From assembly GCA_030446285.1 (NCBI GenBank), contig JASUSC010000001.1, forward strand, positions 1 to 63,535: a stretch of DNA of 63,535 nucleotides. Reading direction: 5' to 3'. The translations under genes were made by a program, and so were the position numbers. This document shows, one piece after another, positions 61,757 to 63,535 of the stretch (position 1 is its first letter; each line of letters opens with the position of its first letter). This stretch comes from Eubacteriales bacterium (GTDB lineage Bacteria; Bacillota; JASUSC01). A model generated the notes under the pieces. The model was not told the DNA's origin. It worked only from the letters and a program-made list of their open reading frames with translations, and made no database searches.

Positions 61757-63535
61757 ATGGCTGTTTGCACAATCAGCCCCAGCAATGAATGGCCAATAAC
61801 CCCGGGGGATGTCCAGGAAGCAACTGAGGTATTAAAAGAAGGACAGCTTTTTATCACTTCTTTGCCCAACGGGTTTATTCCCTGCAGTAACCGCGGTGAG
61901 TTAGGACTGTATTACCGGGATACCCGTTTCCTCGATTGTTTTGAAATTTTTCTCGAGGAAACGGAACCAATTCTGCTTTCTTCCACTACGCGCGACAGCC
62001 ACTTTGCCCAGATTGAGCTAACCAACAAAGAGATTATTAAAGATCATATCCATCTTCCCTTGCAGACGCTCCATCTGCGTCTTTTCCGGGTGCTGGAAGA
62101 TGCCATGTATCAGCGTCTGCGGATCATTAACTTTAGTTCCTGTGCGGTGGAATTGGGCCTGAGGATGCATTTTCGGGCCGATTTCCGGGACGTTTTTGAA
62201 GTGCGGGGAATCCCGCGCGAAAAGCGGGGCGAACTTCTGCCTTCTTTTGAAATTGATGACGGTTTCGTGTTAGCCTACCGCGGCCTTGATGATATTGAGC
62301 GTTATACCGAAATCCGTTTCTCTCCCGCCCCTGATAAGGTCCACCTGCGGTCAGGTTGCGGATCGGCCCTCTTCCGGCTTGTTCTCCCACCGAAGAAGAA
62401 GGTTTACGTTTACCAGCAGATTACTCCGATCGTTGAAGAGAAGAAGCGTCACTACCGGGCTGCCGGCGGCAAAATAATGATTTCTTTTTCTCGGGCGGCC
62501 GAGTCCCAGGCCAAGAGCTATGCCCGCTGGAAAAGGGAGTGTACTTTTTTCCAGAGTGATAACACTTTACTGAATCAAATGTTAGAGCGGGGGATTACGG
62601 ATCTGAGGGCTCTCAGCACCCATTATCCCAAGTGGGGCACTATCATTGAAGCGGGTATTCCCTGGTACGCAGTCCCCTTTGGGCGCGATGCCCTGATTAC
62701 TTCCTGGCAGACTCTGATTGTTAATCCCGAGATAGCCCGCAACTCCCTGTACTTTCTTGCTCGCCTCCAGGGGAAAAAGGACGACCCCTGGCGGGATGAA
62801 AAACCGGGCAAAATCCTCCACGAGATTCGCTGGGGCGAAATGGCTTCCTGCGGCGAGATACCCCATACTCCGTACTACGGTTCAGTTGACTCCACCCTGT
62901 GGTTTATTATCCTGATGGGAGAACTGGTGCGGTGGACTGGGAACCGTTCAATAGCGGAGGAGCTGAGCGGGGCCCTGGATATGGCCATGCTGTGGTGTGA
63001 GAAGTACGGGGACCTGGATGGAGATGGGTACATTGAGTACCGGCGGGAGTCGGCCCGGGGTCTCACCAACCAGGGCTGGAAGGATTCCTGGGATTCCCTG
63101 GTAGACCGCAACGGGGTTATCCCGAAAGGTCCCATCGCTCTGGTGGAAGTGCAGGGTTATTATTACCAAGCTTTGAAAGAAGGAGCCTACCTCTACCGCC
63201 TCCTGGGCCGGGAAGAGGACGCAAGGAAGTGCGAGCAGAAAGCGGCGCAGTTGCAGCAGCAGTTTATCCGCGACTTCTGGCTGCCGGAGGAAGAAAATTT
63301 GGCTTATGCCCTGGATGGGGAAAAGCACCCCATTCCCACTACCGTGTCCAACCCAGGTCACTGTCTTTTCACCGGTATTCTTCCGCCGGAACTGGCCCAT
63401 AAAGTGGCGAAACGTCTTTTCCAGCCCGATATGTACTCAGGCTGGGGCATTAGAACCATGAGCAATCAGGAAGTAGCTTACAATCCAATGAGCTATCACA
63501 ACGGTTCGGTCTGGCCTCATGATAACGCCATTATC
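61757..63535 (+). CDS. amylo-alpha-1,6-glucosidase / glycogen-debranching-enzyme-like protein (partial, runs off the window)
   Basis: 593 codons open from the ATG at 61757 to the window end. It is absent from the ORF track because no stop is reached. Motifs: GELGLYYRDTRFL (GDE N-terminal domain), IEAGIPWYAVPFGRDALIT, YGSVDSTLWFI, GWKDSWD, YHNGSVWPHDN (six-hairpin glycosidase core). Confidence 0.85.
   Translation, partial: MAVCTISPSNEWPITPGDVQEATEVLKEGQLFITSLPNGFIPCSNRGELGLYYRDTRFLDCFEIFLEETEPILLSSTTRDSHFAQIELTNKEIIKDHIHLPLQTLHLRLFRVLEDAMYQRLRIINFSSCAVELGLRMHFRADFRDVFEVRGIPREKRGELLPSFEIDDGFVLAYRGLDDIERYTEIRFSPAPDKVHLRSGCGSALFRLVLPPKKKVYVYQQITPIVEEKKRHYRAAGGKIMISFSRAAESQAKSYARWKRECTFFQSDNTLLNQMLERGITDLRALSTHYPKWGTIIEAGIPWYAVPFGRDALITSWQTLIVNPEIARNSLYFLARLQGKKDDPWRDEKPGKILHEIRWGEMASCGEIPHTPYYGSVDSTLWFIILMGELVRWTGNRSIAEELSGALDMAMLWCEKYGDLDGDGYIEYRRESARGLTNQGWKDSWDSLVDRNGVIPKGPIALVEVQGYYYQALKEGAYLYRLLGREEDARKCEQKAAQLQQQFIRDFWLPEEENLAYALDGEKHPIPTTVSNPGHCLFTGILPPELAHKVAKRLFQPDMYSGWGIRTMSNQEVAYNPMSYHNGSVWPHDNAII

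Noticed and set aside
1-63535. CRISPR arrays, tRNA, rRNA, prophage or defence-system genes
   Set aside because: I scanned for short regularly spaced repeats, GTTCGAATC-type T-arm signatures, and nuclease/helicase/methylase or RT-type ORFs, and found none. All large ORFs are accounted for by the calls above.

Overview
63.5-kb chromosomal window from a spore-forming, probably thermophilic anaerobic Bacillota (Clostridia-type gene content: spoIIM, ytfI/ytfJ, SpoVD-like PBP, fapR-plsX-fab operon, FchA/FolD C1 genes; the taxon is inference only). Most genes are on the + strand and are housekeeping: fchA-like/folD, xseA-xseB-ispA-spoIIM, a DHH-CBS-CCA/polyA-polymerase fusion, an M50 protease, trpS, scpAB, ytfIJ, an S8 protease with CWB2 repeats (minus strand), yebC, ddl, lysA, a MarR operon, lysR/yeiH, yceD-rpmF, fapR-plsX-fabHKDG-acpP-fabF, rnc, ireB, ruvX, vanW, mltG, a U32 peptidase, a PBP, trpB2, yhbY and proBA. 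The one clearly accessory segment is about 25.6-35.0 kb. It holds two IS wrecks (an ISNCY/rve-like one and an IS30-like one) bracketing a G/C-ending-codon island. That island encodes a complete group 3b (sulfhydrogenase-type) [NiFe] hydrogenase with fused beta-gamma subunits, its endopeptidase and hypAB, and is preceded by a consensus promoter and a ~0.5-kb GC-rich leader of unknown function. A second theme is deletion-type gene decay: nfnAB, adhE, an FAD oxidoreductase, an MBL hydrolase, a GT4 glycosyltransferase and possibly a DUF3786-like gene are wrecks. Other items worth a second look are a ~210-nt long imperfect palindrome / candidate structured RNA after spoIIM, a riboswitch-like terminator/antiterminator leader before the GT4 gene, a Cys-free G3E-like GTPase, a PAS-HisKA protein with a degenerate ATPase domain, and an uncharacterised three-gene cluster after ddl. 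I recognised no rRNA, tRNA or CRISPR array. All family calls come from motif recognition by eye; no database search was run.
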